This document shows, in pieces, positions 12,281 through 26,494 of a DNA stretch of 64,000 bases (positions within the stretch are counted from its first letter, which is position 1; every line of letters begins with the position of its first letter). Origin of the DNA: Okamejei kenojei. Taxonomy: Eukaryota. The DNA lies in assembly GCA_035221665.1 (NCBI GenBank), contig CM069153.1, positions 32,550,001 to 32,614,000 on the forward strand, given 5' to 3'. The notes beneath the pieces are model-generated. The model worked only from the letters and a program-made list of their open reading frames with translations. It did not search any database and was not told where the DNA came from. The translations under genes were made by a program, and so were the position numbers.

Positions 12281-14294
12281 TGATCTACAAGAGAGAAAGC
12301 TTAAATAGGCAACGAGTTGGTCAATGTTGGTCACTTCCACACTCAACCGCCATTCCCGGCAAATTTAAAATTCAGCCTCGAATGCATGAAAGACAAAGTT
12401 AATCTCATGTTGTGCAAATCTCTTCAGAAAAGCACTTCCCTTCTCCTGGAAGCAGACATCAACACTTTACCCTGGCCTTTGCCCCGAAATGTGGAAGCGA
12501 TTCAAAGTCTTCAGACCAGGAAGAAAGAGGCAATCTCCAGACTCAGAACGCTGAGCTCCCAATGCCCTTGTCACCCAGTCATTGAGGGAACAACAGAATT
12601 GGCAAATGAGCCGCACTGGGCCCCTTCACTCGTGTACTGGAACTGGTGGTGTGTGTGGCCTTGGACACTGACATTGGTACAATTCTCCCTCACCCAGAAG
12701 GCACTCGGCCAGCACAGCCAGACGACCATGCCCCACCTCCACACACACGACTATTGGGCCTTCTTGCATTGTGGACGGACAAAAAAAAGTCAGCATGGAC
12801 ATGGTGGGCCAAAAAGATCTGTTTTAGGGTTGTACAACTCCTTAAACACACAGCCTCTAACCTGCTACTGTAAGTCCCAGTTCCCTACTCTGTCGAACAG
12901 AAAAGAACAGATTGGATGAAGTGTGCACCAAACATGACATTATGAGTGCAGGTGTCACTCGCTCGCACCTCATTGTGTACAATCATTATTGATTTTTCAG
13001 CAGGTCAACAAATGCACTAGGGTGTCAGCTAGGCAGGCATTCTGTGCGGAAAAAAAAAAAAAAACCAGGAGCAGATAATCAGCGGCAAATCATTTTCCAT
13101 TGGACTTGTGAGCAACTGTAATTACTGTACATTCCATTCATTAATCTCTCAGCATCGCCTCATCATTCCTCCCAGGACTCTGCACTCAGCACTTCACACA
13201 GATGGCCGGCTCAGCACAATGCTGACGGTGTATAGGAGGAAACTCCAGCAAACTGGGCCACAGCACCTGGCAATGGTTACCAGCTAGCAACCTGCGCTTA
13301 GGATGCCTGTTTCAATACATCACCCAAACTGTCCGATTAAACACCAGCCTGCAATTCTCCCCTGGATATCTGATATTCCATTTATAAACCATCCGGACAC
13401 GTTAATTAAATTCCACCCCACAGCTCCCACAATAATCTTTCACGCGCACCATCAGAATGGGTTGAGTTTTGCACATGTGCTCCTGCTAAAATCATTTACT
13501 TAACGAAGCAGAAAACACATATTCTCCCGCATTTGGGCATGACAAGCTGGTTTCTGACTGATGAGGTGGACTCTGACCTCTCCTCCCAAATTGCAGAAAG
13601 ACCCAAGAGTTAGAGTTAACTGGGAAGGATTCCTCCCTTTCCACAGATGCCAGTGTGACAGATACCCTTTGAACTCGAGTCAGAGACGTCAGCTGCTCTC
13701 ATTGCTCAGAGAACAGCCTGGAATGGAGCCCAGGCCCCTGGCATCCTCCTGCCCGATATGTCACTCCGCACGTAACAGGCCATAACCAGCAACAATCTTT
13801 TTTTTTTTTTTAAAACACCCTTCCGTCTCTTAAAGGGACATAGTTTAAAAATAAAGAGTCCGAATGAAAATCGAAGCAACATGGTTTCCCGACAATTACT
13901 CCTTGGGCCGGTTCAGACTTTCCGTTCATGTGGGAGGACCCATCCTGAGACCATACTGTGGCAAACAATATGAGGAAGAGAGAAGCTGGGAGGGGGCTTG
14001 GTTCTCAGCTAAGGCAGAGGAAGCTCAGGAAATCGGATGCACCTGTTAGCGGCAGTCACCTCATGTCAGACATCCTCCCTGCTCGGTTCCCACTGGAACC
14101 AAGCAAGGCTCAACCCACCGCTCCCGCAGGAGGTTGGGGAGGTGGAGATGGGGAGGGCAGGGAGGGGAAAAGGCCGCACCAATCCTTCAGAGCAATCAGA
14201 TAATGCAACAGATTAATTACATTTAACGGTAATGCATCTTTTAGCCCTCTGCAAATTGAAAGCCAGAGTAGATGTCTGGCCATTTCTTTTTAAA

Positions 14295-14500
14295 GAGAAA
14301 CAGCATGGAAACAGGCCCTTCAGCCCATGCCAATCATCAAACAACCATTCACAGTAGTTCTATGTTATCCCACTTTCTCATCCACTTCTTCCACTGTAGG
14401 GGCAATTTAAAGTCCAATTAACTGACAAACCCGCACGTCTTTGGGAATTGGGAGGAAACCGGAGCATCCAGAGGAAACCCACATGGTCACAGGGAGGAAC
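14295..14500 (-). mobile_element. V-SINE fragment
   Basis: Tail catggaaacaggcccttcagccc and V-domain gggaggaaaccggagcatccagaggaaacccac. Confidence 0.75.
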
Positions 14501-14841
14501 TCCATACACCCACCCACCCTCCAGCATAAGAAGCCATTTTATTATTTTCTTCATTCAACACTAGAAGCAGCAGAACAATAGAATCACAATGACTCTTGAA
14601 AGGAACCTCATCCGTTGAAGGTCTACCACATCCCCCACCACGGCCTACCTTAATGTGGTTGAAAATATGTATGTGTGGGTTCAATGGTTCAGGAATGTTC
14701 TGGTTCTGTGAAACCTTTTTAATCAGTTTTAAAATGGCAATGGCTGTCTTCATCAACTATCAAGTTATTGTACCATCCTGCACAATCATAATAATATAAT
14801 AAAAAGGAACTTCAGATTTATGCCAAAGACAGTTTATACCA

Positions 14842-15005
14842 AAGATAAGACAAAGATGTTGGAGTAACTCAGCAGGCCAGGCAGCATCTCTGGAGAAAAT
14901 AGATAGGTTACGTTTCAGGTCAGGACCCTTCACCCACCACCTATCCATGTTCTTCAGAGATGCTGCCTGGCCCACTAAGTTACTCCAACATTTTGGGTCT
15001 ATCTT
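14842..15005. mobile_element. Fold-back Penelope terminal-repeat remnant
   Basis: Two opposite-orientation copies of the Penelope terminus. Confidence 0.8.
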
Positions 15006-15289
15006 CTGCTCAATCATAATCCTACCTTGACAACAGAACATTACAGGCCACTTCTTATACCACCGTCTGTTTTTTTTAGAATTGTGTTTTGCACAGATGT
15101 CTTGGTTTTCTTTAACACATTCTGAGTAAATGTGCAATCTATGTATAATATATAATTTACATTTGGGTGTGTTTGTCCGAGTCCATGCCCCTGTGATGCC
15201 CCTGCAAGATTTTCCATGGCACAGATATCTCATCGCATTTACGCATACGGCAATACCACCCCATTTGAATTTAACTAGGAACTAATTTG

Positions 15290-15783
15290 TTCCTTCTGTT
15301 CGGCAACTTGAGCGCCCTGGAGAGGAAAAGACTACAAAAAGTAATAAGCACTGCCCAGTCCATCATCAGCTCTGACCTTCCTTCCATCGAGGGGATTTAT
15401 CGCAGTCGCTGCCTCAAAAAGGCTGGCAGTATCATCAAAGACCCACACCATCCTGGCCACACACTCATCTCCCTGCTACCTTCAGGTAGAAGGTACAGGA
15501 GCCTGAAGACTGCAACGACCAGGTTCAGGAATAGCTTTCCCACAGCCATCAGGCTATTAAACCTGGCTCGGACAAAACTCTGAACATTAATAACTCATTA
15601 TCTGTTATTTGCACTTTATCAGTTTATTTATTCATGTGTGTATATATTTATATAATGGTATATGGACACACTGATCTGTTTTGTAGTCAATGCCTACTAT
15701 GTTCTGTGGTGCTGAAGCAAAGCAAGAATTTCATTGTCCTATCAAGGACACATGACAATAAACTCACTTGAACTTGAACTTGA
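15290..15783 (+). mobile_element. Rex1/Babar LINE 3' fragment
   Basis: RKRLQKVISTAQSII...IIKDPHHPGHTLISLLPSGRRYRSLKTATTRFRNSF; ends atgacaataaa...(cttgaa)n. Confidence 0.88.
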
Positions 15784-16689
15784 TAATGGTGTTGAGACCC
15801 AGCGTCACCATATCCAAATGCACGGGGTCATGCCTGCAATCATTAACTCTGCAGCCGTCCATCTCTGTCTGTGTACGGTATATTCCAGTAGAAGACGACA
15901 CCAGCAACTTCACTCTCAGTTTCACTCTCACAATCTGAACCGCCTGTTACCCCAAGCCACAAAGCTGGGTGATTTGGTGCCATGTTCACACACTGGACGG
16001 CATTCCCAATGAAGAATTCAGCACATTCAACACCTGTGAAGTTGCTATAATTGCCCATCACAGTGAAGATCATTATCTACTTTGAAATCATTGCTTGCGA
16101 TATAAAACTACCAAAAAGGAACTCTTTGCATCCATTTTGAATGTGCACCCACTAATATCACATTTTGAACATCCACCACACTATGACCTATGAGCATGAT
16201 CACACGCGTTTTTCTATTAATAGATATGCTAATCCACATTTATCTTTAACCAACATGTGTTAGGAGATTGGGAGAAACAATTTGTGGAATCCCAAGAATA
16301 TCTTAACATCGCGCGCATTCCCTCAAAACCCTCCAGCTGATAATCTATTTCCAGTCATCAAATGAAAAACACCCGACAACTTGCGTCTTAAGCGCAGCAC
16401 ATCTGGAACTCCTTCATACGGCTGCTTCAGAAAAGTTGCCCTTCTTTTTGTTGGATCCCAAAGTACAACACCATTCCGAATGCTGAAACCGCACCTTCCT
16501 TTAAAATAGAGGAATCATTTACTGGCCAGCTGTGTTTCCTACATCTACTGGTGGGCAAGGTCATATCAAGGCAGCAAACTGGTGGCGGTGACACAAGGAC
16601 AGTCCGTGTACTTCATCAGCAACACAATCTCAACCAATATTCCAGCCGCGCATGGAAGTACGCTGAATACAAGGTCATAGTTACAGAGA

Positions 16690-17000
16690 GAGAAGCAGCA
16701 TGATAACAGGCCAGCCCGAGTCCATGCCTACCATCAACCATTACACTAATCCTACATTATTCATCATTGATTTCTTCCCAAGTTCCTAACATTTGCCCAG
16801 ATGCCAAGAACAATTTCCAGTGGCTGGTTAACCTACCAACATGTATGTCTTTCAGATTCGGGAGGAAACTGGAGCACCTGGGGGGAGCCCACGGTCACAG
16901 CGAGAACCTGCAAACTGCACAAAGACAGCACCCGAGGTCAGGATTGAACCAAGCTCCTTGGCACCAGGAGGGCAGCAGCTCCACCCGCCGCCACTGTAGC
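16690..17000 (-). mobile_element. Old V-SINE
   Basis: V-domain ggaggaaactggagcacctgggggg and B-box remnant. Confidence 0.7.
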
Positions 17001-17129
17001 GAATGGATCCTCTGCTCCAGGCACATGCAAATGCAGTCAATGATGAGAACCATCTCTGCACTCTAACATCACCAAAAATACTCTGCAGTGCTTGATGCTC
17101 CGTGAAAATCACAACATTTTGACAATGAT

Positions 17130-17290
17130 GGCACAGCGATGCAGCGGTTAGTGCTGCTGTCTCGGGGCTCCAGTGACCTGGGTTCGATCCTTGGATGCTG
17201 CCATAAGGAGTTTCCCCTCATCTTTCTCCAGCTAATCCTCACAGATCCCAAACACATGCATCCAGGCTAATTAGCTACTGAAAATTATTC
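17130..17290 (+). mobile_element. Old V-SINE 5' part
   Basis: ggcacagcgatgcagcggttagtgctgctg...gggttcgatcc head. Confidence 0.65.
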
Positions 17291-18469
17291 CTAGGTAGGT
17301 GGGGGGGGTTTAATCAAAGGAGAGTTGATGGCCATCCAAGAGAGTTTAAACTGCAAGAGGTTGCAGGAAAATATGGAGCGGAGTGAAACAGGACTGATTG
17401 GATTGTTCTACTGAGAGTCGACATGGACAAAATGAGCTGAAGGGCCTCCTCAGATGCAGAAGTGAATAGATAATGCAAGTACTTTGGAAAAACAACATGA
17501 ATATTACAATTCCTTTCTTTAGACTGGGCTAAATCCTGGAACACTCAAAACCAGAGAGCACCTTCACCAGGACTGTTGCATAGAGAAGATGAGTCCCCAC
17601 CACCAAATCGAGGGTCATTAGGGGTGTAATAAATGCTGGTTTTGTTATCCACATCCACATTTTGAAAAAAATGTTTTCCTGGACTCTTTTCCCTCTCCCA
17701 ACCGCTTCCTTCCAGACTAAAGTAGCGGACGTGTTGTGAAGAACCAACGTGTGGTACTCATTCTAGGGCAAGTTTTGGCTCCATGCCTAGAATGCTTCCA
17801 AGCTCATCACATAACACTCCAGGGTAGATGTCACGCACGGTTGATACACAAAGGTCTTCAGGCGATGGATCTTCATACTCACCACTTCCCAACTAATCTC
17901 ACACATCCCTCTCCCCAGGCTGCTATCAACAGTGTAGCTATGAAGGAATGTTTCATGAACACCTGGCCAATATTCCTTAAATTCCCCGATCTGCCGATTT
18001 AATCGTAAATTTTCTTTCCGTCAATGGACACTGGCATATGGAGAGGATTAGTGGAATTGACTGCGTCAACAGGCAACATGATCAAACTAGTTCACCACCT
18101 TCACCTCGTTCAGTTGTATGATAACTTTATCATGTTCTCCAAAAGTTTTCTTCCTACTTGTATGTTTGCCACAGCCTTGCTTTGATATGCCAAATCGCTG
18201 ACAAACATTCCATGATACCGCAAATAGAATTTGTGCCCGGCCTCGTTAGCTTGTGCTACAAGCTAGTACAAACACGATCTCCCCTCCAGGTAGATAATCT
18301 CAAAGAAGTTGTCCCCAACCTGTGAACATTCCAATCTTTTGCTGGAAGATGTGAATACGCTGCTTGCTTTAATGCTGCCTCAGTAACTCCTCGATAACAA
18401 ATGCCCGCTGGATATGCAGTTATTTTTCATTGTGCTCCGTCTAACTGCACACACTACAGATTCCACAGT

Positions 18470-18600
18470 CTGAATAAAGGACCCAAGCTGAAACGTCCCC
18501 TATCTATGGTCTCCAGCGTTCCTGCATGACCCGCCGAGTTACTCCAGCATTCACGTGCCTTTCTTTGGTAAACCAGAATCTGTAGTTCCTTCTAATTACA
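18470..18600 (+). mobile_element. Degraded Penelope terminal repeat
   Basis: cagtctgaataaagg...gaaacgtc...gagttactccagca. Confidence 0.7.
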
Positions 18601-19034
18601 GATTCCTCAAACAATGTAATCTCACATCTCCTTCAAACTTGCACCATCCTACAGCATTCGGCATGTTTTTCAACAGATTCACCTGGATATTGGATTCCAG
18701 CAGTTAAACCTGTACTATCAGGATGCATTCACTTGCATTTTATGGCAAATCTGGAGGCCATTCAGCCTATCTGGTCCATGCCAGCTCGTAACAACAGATC
18801 TTCCTCTTCTCCACATCTATTCCTTCACCTCCCTCAAAAAAAAAGTTCCCAACAGCACAGCAACCTGGTCACTCTCTTGCATACCCATCAATCCCCTTTT
18901 ATTCTTTTGTTAATTACCTACACTGGGGAAATGTGTCAGCACATATTTGAAATGTGGGTGGAAACCAGAGCATCTAGGGAAAATCCATGCAGTCACGTGA
19001 AAAACATCCAAAGTCAGAATTAAATCCAGGTGGT

Positions 19035-19250
19035 CATTGTATCATAGAGTGGAGCATGGAAAGAGGCCCTTTGGTTCAACTTATCCATGCCAGCGAAAAT
19101 GCCCCATCTATGCTCTCCCCACCTGCCTGCATTTGGCCCATCTCTCTCTAAAACATTTCCTAATCACGTACCTGGCCAAATGTTTTTAAAATGTTATAGT
19201 ACCAACATCAACCAGCTCCTCTGGCAGCTTGTTGCATACCCACCACCATC
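19035..19250 (-). mobile_element. CR1 3' end fragment
   Basis: catagag...ggaaagaggccctttgg...cccacctgcctgcatttggcccat CR1 tail motifs. Confidence 0.65.
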
Positions 19251-20639
19251 TGGTTGGAGCTGTGATATAGCAGCAGAGACTGCCGAGCCAACTAAAACGT
19301 ACGATGAGCTTACCCAAACCTTCATATGCTTTATCACCAGGCTTGGTTGACGCCAGGCACATTTTAAATCAACTTCTGTTTTTAATGTTTACTTGTAAGC
19401 AAAATAGCCTTTTTGCCCTCTGCATTACCATACGCTAATTTTTTTTTAAAGTGTTCTGTCATTGCCACATGTTCATTCCATTAAACCACTGAAAGAATGG
19501 GAAATACCAATTGTGGTCAACGTACTATAAATAGAAACCGTGACATGCAACTCCATAATAGAAACCAAAAAACACACCAGAAATACCCAGATCAGGCATG
19601 AAGAGAAAAACCATTTCAACAAAAATTCTGTGCTGTTGTGGAATTGAGCAATGGGATTACAACTGCACTTAAAAGAATGCTGTTGCTTTAAACACCTGGA
19701 TTATGTGCCTGAAACGCAACCTGGGAGCAGCACTTAACTTTTGGCTAACTCTGCCACCCTTTGATCCCCAATCCTTTATTCCCTCGCACCAGTCCCAACC
19801 TCACTGCTGCCTGCATCTCGGTACTACAAACGACAGACACCACATCAAACCCCAGGGCCCTGACATCTGACGACATTATTCTGCCAGCTCACAGAACAGG
19901 GAAAACCACCAGAGACAAAAACATCAACACAGCTCTCCTTGGGGAGGGTTCTAACATCTCCATAAAAAGCACCAAACAAACAAACAAACAGTAAACGAAC
20001 AGGAGACCCATTCTCCAAAGTTAATGGTGAGCTGCATCCTCAATTTAACAATGAGGTTTCAAAAAAAAAGACAGCAACACCTGTTTCTCCCTCCCCCTCC
20101 CCCCCCCCCCCCCCCCCCCCCCCCCTCCCCCCACCCACCCACCACCTCTGCACCTTCTGACTCCTACTTCCAGAGCTCTAGTCCAGATTTCTGGATACTG
20201 GAAATCTGAGAGTCTTCTGATCGGTAATAACCCATTCGCCTCACTTTAAATCTCCGTCATCCAGCCAACCTGTATTTTCCCATGTTAGCACCTCACCATG
20301 GCCCCATCCCATTTCTGAGCCTTCCCCATCTTTTAGCAGTTAGTCACATTCAATAATATCCGGTTGCGTTCCTCCCGTAAACTGGTAAGATCCCAACTCC
20401 AATAATTTAAGTTCCCAGTCGCTTCCCACCATGTGATAGCTGGCTGTGCTCTGCCTTGCATTCACAGGCCACCCTACAATCTTCTTGGGCCACACTATTC
20501 CAGCTAGTGTGAATAGCTGATCGATGGTCGGTATGGAGTCGGTGGAACGAAGGCCCGTTTCCATGTTGCATCTCCAAACTAAACTCGCCATATACCAATT
20601 CCATTCTAATTTTTTAACTCTAACCTGGTTAAAAAAAAA

Positions 20640-21190
20640 CTGAGGATTCACCTTATCCATGCTCCTCATGATCTTCTACACCTCTGGTCACATGGAAAAA
20701 TGTCTAGCCTATCCAATCTCCCTCCCTATAACTCGAGCCCACAAGCCCAGGTAACATCCCGAGCTCTTCTGCACCCTTTCCAACTTAATGACATCCTTCC
20801 CCTGCTCGGTGATCAGAACTGCACACAGTACTCCCAAGTGTGGTCCCACCACCCTTTGGTACAGGTCTATTATGATGTCCCAACGATCGTACTCAAGATA
20901 TTTCCCAACGGAGGCAAATGTGCTAAACGTCTTCATCACACTTCCCACCCAACTTCATTTTCAAGGAACCATGTACCTGTACTTCCCGATTGCTTAGTTC
21001 TGCCACACTCTCCCAGGCACTAACATTCACTGTGCAAGACATGGCCAGGTTTGCCATACCAATATGCAACACCCCACACTTGTCATAGTTAAATTGCATG
21101 CCATTCCTTGGCTCAGCTTCTAACTGTTTGTACACTTAGAAAGCCTTCCTCACTGTCTACTATACAACCTCTTTTGGTGTCATTCGGTGT
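20640..21190 (-). mobile_element. CR1 RT fragment
   Basis: MQFNYDKCGVLHIG, IIDLYQRVVGPHLG and DVIKLERVQK. Confidence 0.85.
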
Positions 21191-23931
21191 AATATCCCAA
21201 AATGCCCTTAACCATCTCCCTCCCCCAAAACTTTGACCCAACCCATAAATCACGTTTGCTCATCTTCCAAACTGATCCCGATTCGAGAGACCATCTCCCA
21301 CAGCTCCCGTGTAACCTCCGTGCAGTGACATCCATTTCCCCTCAAGTCTACGGTACCTCTAGGGTGTAAACTACAGTTCTTTGTTTGCTGGCTGGCAAGA
21401 CTTGATCAAGTTCCAAGCTAAAAGTAGTTCTGGCCCTATTCCCAGCCGACCCCACTGAGGCACCAGGGGCTTGTACGAAAATTTTACTTTATATGGAAAA
21501 GTCTCTCAGTCTCGAGCTTAGAATAGATTAAAAGAATGATAGCCTTGGCTCATTCGGGCTCCTTTCACTTTCTCCCAGAGGATACGTGCCATACACCCAC
21601 AGATGGTGGGAAGAAATGTTATAATAAATGATGCCTTTGTAACCAGCTGAGCAACACAAACTGTGGGAAAACTGAATGATTATCTACACGTGAAGGTTGA
21701 TGTGGGCCGAGACCTTGACCTGAGTGTCTTTTGCATCTCTCCCTAACGAGTGCGCTCGTAAATGCACGGCCCAAAATATTTCACTTCACTCCAAACAGGT
21801 TCTCCCCACTGCTGATCACAGCTCAATCACTGAAACATATTCACTCTGGCAAGCTGACAAGCCTGGCAGCAGGTGTCCTTCAAAACTGAAAATTGCTTCA
21901 ATTGATCAAGTCACAGAAATGAGTCCCAGAAAACTCGCAGCTCATGTAAGAGCAACAGATCTGTCAAAAGGCCGCAACACATCACCCAGGCCTAAAGCAC
22001 CGTGCTGGGTCCTTTGGAGTAATGTCGGACACACTGAGAAGCACCCTCCCCTTCACAAGCCTTTATGTCCTTCGTCATTCAAGTAGCGAGCCAGTAATGC
22101 TGCCCATATTCCTGAACTAATAGTCTTAAAAAGTTGCGGCTGCCGTCTCTGAGATATTAAAGCAGATTCCTTATCACCTCTCTGATAGGTGGACCTCAGG
22201 GTGGCTGCCTTTCCGAGGCTCATCAAATGTTATATACTCACATTGAATCTCTTGTCGTTTTGCCTTGGCAATTCCAGTGCTCGGACAGAAGCTTGTTAAA
22301 TATTTGCAGCTTTTCTTACTTTTACTTTGTGGTTAGCTTTGCTTGGTATTCTGTGCCAACAACAGAAGGCAATCCCCAGTAATTATTTTACAACATGCCA
22401 ACATTAGGGGACAAAGAGAAAGCTCTGCAGGGAGGTGCTCTAGGAACTACACATTCTCCTTAACTTTTGCACATGTATCAAATTATTCGGTGTGCATGAG
22501 TTTGAGTTTAGTTTATTGTCACGTGTACGGAGGTAGAGTGAAAAGCTTTTGTTGCGTGCTAACCTCTCAGCGGAAAGACATTACACGAACAATTGAGCTA
22601 TTCACAGTGTATAAATACATGATAAAGCATTCTCTTAATATCCCTCTTGCCTACATTTGAATGATTCTTTCAAAACCGTTCCTACCACCTCCCAATGGAC
22701 CAGAAAGCAAAACGCTTAAAATAAATGACACTCTGGCCTAACCTTGACACCATTAAAATGCACAGCTGAGAAATAGGTAATTGAAAAATACTTACAAGTA
22801 CAAGAGCAAGGCTTTAAGCCCTCAAGGCCACTGATCTGCAATTAACTTCATTTAATTGCCTTGGATTGGTAATCCTGAGAATTGCTTCCTACCTTGGCAT
22901 TAATCTCTGCAGTGACATTTTCAGTATCAAAGAGCAAGCACAGGCAGCATAATATTCACTGACCTTACAACAGTAGCACTATGACTGCTGATGAGCAGGC
23001 CACAGAATTTGCTGCACATTCTGCCTGCCTTCTCAAAGGAACTGCGCTTCATCACGGCAAGACTAGGAACTCTGACACAAGCTCAGGGTGGCTGCCTTTC
23101 GGGGGGGGAGATCATCCATGCACAGTTGCTCATTCATAAAAATATTCTTCTTCACCCGAGGGTAGTAGAAGACAATTCTCAGAGTAAATTTGGCGAGTGG
23201 TATGGTTCTTGGCTCAACACAGCACTGCCTGGAGTCCAAGGCAAGTTACTAACTTTGGTCATCAGCAAGAAATGCAAATCCAAACGCCATGGAAATACTC
23301 TGCAGGTCCTGCCCGACCTGCTGGAGGTTTCCAGTTTTTACAATTCAGATTGAGCACCTGCAGATTTTTAATCATTGGTAGCAAATATTCTCAGAGATTT
23401 CATTTGTGATTGTGAACTGCACATTTCCACACCTCCCACTCCTCACCTGGACCCACACAACCCCCTCCCCCCCTACACAAAATCCCCACCCAACTGCCCA
23501 GAAATGCTTTTGCGCTGTATTTCTAAACTAAACATCTATCCGGGATGCCAAAGGGACTATTCGCTCTGGAACACTGGTTCCCACTTCCATCCCCACCAAC
23601 ACAAACTCTCCTTCTTGAAGGAATAGCCGCCTTTGTTGTTTTAACTTGCTTATAATTCTACATTGTTAAGGGGGATTGGGGCTCTGGGCTTTGCGCTGGG
23701 GCAGTACAAGGGGAGCTCTCCTCATATCAGAGGTTTCCTGGACCAAAAGGCGATGGAGTGCACCACTAAAATGGGAGACACGGTTAAAAGGCCATAGCAT
23801 GGTGCTGGTAGAGAGCTTCCTTCCCCATGTTGCGGGAATTTCCAGGACTGTATGTATCCCTATATTTGTGTAAGAAAACCACTGTCGTTACTGCAATCTC
23901 GCGGTTCCAAGGATTATCAGGTTCCAAGGAT

Positions 23932-24040
23932 CCCCCTGACTTTCAGTCTGAAGAAGGGTCTCGACCTAAAACGTCACCTATACCTTTTCTCCACAGATGC
24001 TGTCTGACCCACTGAGTTACTCCAGCATTTTGTGTCTATC
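23932..24040 (+). mobile_element. Penelope terminal repeat fragment
   Basis: cagtctgaagaagggtctcgacctaaaacgtc...tccagcattttgtgtctatc. Confidence 0.8.
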
Positions 24041-25061
24041 CAAGGATTGAGACTCTGACTTCATGTACTGACATTTCAGAGTTAGCTTGTTCTCTCTCTG
24101 ACCAAGTGGCTTTTACCCTCAAGTGCTCCAGTTTCCTCCCACATCACAAAAACCAGCAGATAAGTCAATTGCCCCTTAGCACGTTACTCCTTGATGTACA
24201 TTTATGGTAAAGCTAAAAAGAATCAGAGTTGATAAGGTATGTGAGAAAGACTACAATGCAGGGAAATAGAGGGGGGGGAAATGATAAGTGAGGGTGCCAA
24301 AATACACAAAATCCCCTTTCATTGTATCACAAGATAAGTCTAATTTGCAATTTTTTTGCCCCTTTTACAATCTCGGTATTTACGGAGAACTCTGACACTT
24401 TATTGAAATATGAATTCTGTAACGAGCAGAGTACTAATTTATGCACAACAATAATATGGAGCAACAGTGATGCCTTTGTAATCTTTGTCATTTATAATTA
24501 ACATGCAAAACATTCACTGGCATACAGAAATGAACGCTGCACAGAAGTGTGCAATATGTTTTAAAAATGTCCACCAAACAGTTAATTCCTTATCTGAAAG
24601 ACACAACCTTTGCAGCTGAGAACTCAAGGGTATTTTCGGAAGGAAGGAGCTGAGTGGGTGGAAAGGTGCAAAACCCAACAAATAACGCAGTAAAAACGCA
24701 GTAAATCCTTTCTTGGCAATTAAACTGCCTGTAAACACTAAATCCAAACAGGTGATCAATCACACGTGGTCACCCAGAAAGGTTATCAAGTTGGTCTTTT
24801 TAGGTTTCAGTCACAAAGACCGGCAGCCTGCAAGTGCAGTTCAAAGCACTGCAGGCCACCGGAAGGAATTGTTTTGATTTTTTTTACTCAGAGCACAGAT
24901 ATCAAAATGGCTCAAATGTTCCAGAGCAGGCACTGAAGGTCTCATTAAGAGATAAATAGTTGTATCACACTCCAGGCAAGATCACCAGGCTTGTGCGCAC
25001 ACAGCAGAACTAATTGGTTGAAGACCAGCACAAAATGAGAGCAGGGACAAGAATCTAGTCA

Positions 25062-25202
25062 GGCAACATTTCGGACGAAACCCTTCTTCAGGCCCGAAAC
25101 GTTGCCTATTTCCTTCGCTCCATAGATGCTGCCTCACCCGCTGAGTTTCTCCAGCATTTTTGCCTACCTTCGATTTTCCAGCATCTGTAGTTCCTTCTTA
25201 AA
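25062..25202 (+). mobile_element. Penelope terminal repeat with short inverted 5' piece
   Basis: ggcaacatttcggacgaaacccttcttcag followed by cccgaaacgttgcctatttccttcgctcc. Confidence 0.75.
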
Positions 25203-25584
25203 CAAGAATCTGGTTGTTCATAATAATCCCTGGATTTTACAAAGGCAGACAAACGTCCTCTTGTCCCTTCGTTTGCTAATAGAGGAGGTGATAATGGCAA
25301 AGCCATGTTTATGATACCATGTTCACGGTGAATGTAGCGAAGCCTCAATTCCTTCGCATGCTTACCGAACACTGTCTTGATTTTGGAGCTCGTCTCATTT
25401 GTACCCATTCCACAGTGGTAAGGGTAGAGTTGAAATCCCACAGTTCCAGCAAACCAGGTCCGATCCAAACCTGGAATCTGTGGGAAGTAGTGAGCGATGG
25501 TCAGCATGAATTAGTGGGCCGAAAGGCCTACATGTACTGCATCATGTTATAACCCAATTGTATCCAAGTTAGCACCGTTCACAA

Positions 25585-25925
25585 GAATTAGGCCGTTCGG
25601 CCCATCGAGTATACGCTACCATTCAATCATAGCTAATCTCTGCCACCGAATCCCATTTTCCTGCCTTCTCCCCATAACCCTCGACACCTATTCCAATCAA
25701 GAACCTGTCTATCGCTGCCTTAAAAATATCCACTGACTTGGCCATCACAGCCCTCTTGAGTGGCCAATGAGTTCCACAGATTAACTATTCTCTGACTAAA
25801 GAAGTTCCCCCTCACCTTTTTAAAAGAGCTCCCTTTAATTCTGAGGCCATGACCTCTGGTCCTAGACTCCCCCACCAGTGGAAACATCCTTTCCACATCC
25901 ACTATCTATGCCTTTCACCATTCTG
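25585..25925 (-). mobile_element. CR1/HER1 3' end
   Basis: DVERMFPLVGESRTRGHGLRIKG...FFSQRIVNLWNSL. Confidence 0.9.
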
Positions 25926-26132
25926 TAATTCTCAAGACTCAGATTTTCCTGCCTCAATCAAACTCAAGTGAGCACAAGGTTTCCGACTGCCTAATTGCTA
26001 TATTAATAGTTTATGTAACTCGCCCCAAAGACAGCCTCCAGTCAATTTAGCCCTTTCCTCCAATATGCAGGATATTTGGAACTCTCATTTGGACGTACCT
26101 CAGTCTCAACGAAAGCTGAACAACTGACCAAT

Positions 26133-26230
26133 TGATAGACACAAAATGCTGGAGTAACTCAGCTGGACAGGCAGCATCTCTGGAGAGAAGGAATGGGTGA
26201 TGTTTCGGGTCGAGACCCATCTTCAGACTG
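26133..26230 (-). mobile_element. Penelope terminal repeat fragment
   Basis: Near-identical to 40414-40508. Confidence 0.85.
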
Positions 26231-26494
26231 GGCAGGCACTCTTTGGGATCGCTGATCACAACACTATGAAAATGAGTGCAACTCCAATGCAACTGACCAG
26301 CTGTCTTTCTTTGTGGGCTGCAGGCAGCTTCGGACTGCTGATAAATTGGTCGCAATACGTGGGTTCCCTCACACGTTAAAACTTTGTTTGTGGCGCTGAG
26401 GTAGTAGATCAATTTAACTTCTCCCATCTGTTGCGCTGTGAATGAAGTGGAACTTGCCAGCATTAACAAGTGCCCTCACGCTGCAAACAAGCCT

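Noticed and set aside
12317-12919. 200-aa ORF
   Set aside because: Non-ATG start, includes degraded SINE sequence near 12650-12840, no homology recognised.
16414-16467. Minus-strand LGSNKKK resembling CASKIN2 exon LLGSTKR
   Set aside because: No NVNYQD continuation, an in-frame stop follows, and there is no suitable acceptor.
20088-20140. Long poly-C/poly-G runs (also ~26624-26650 and 51562-51588) encoding poly-Pro/Gly
   Set aside because: Homopolymer tracts of unreliable length; not coding.
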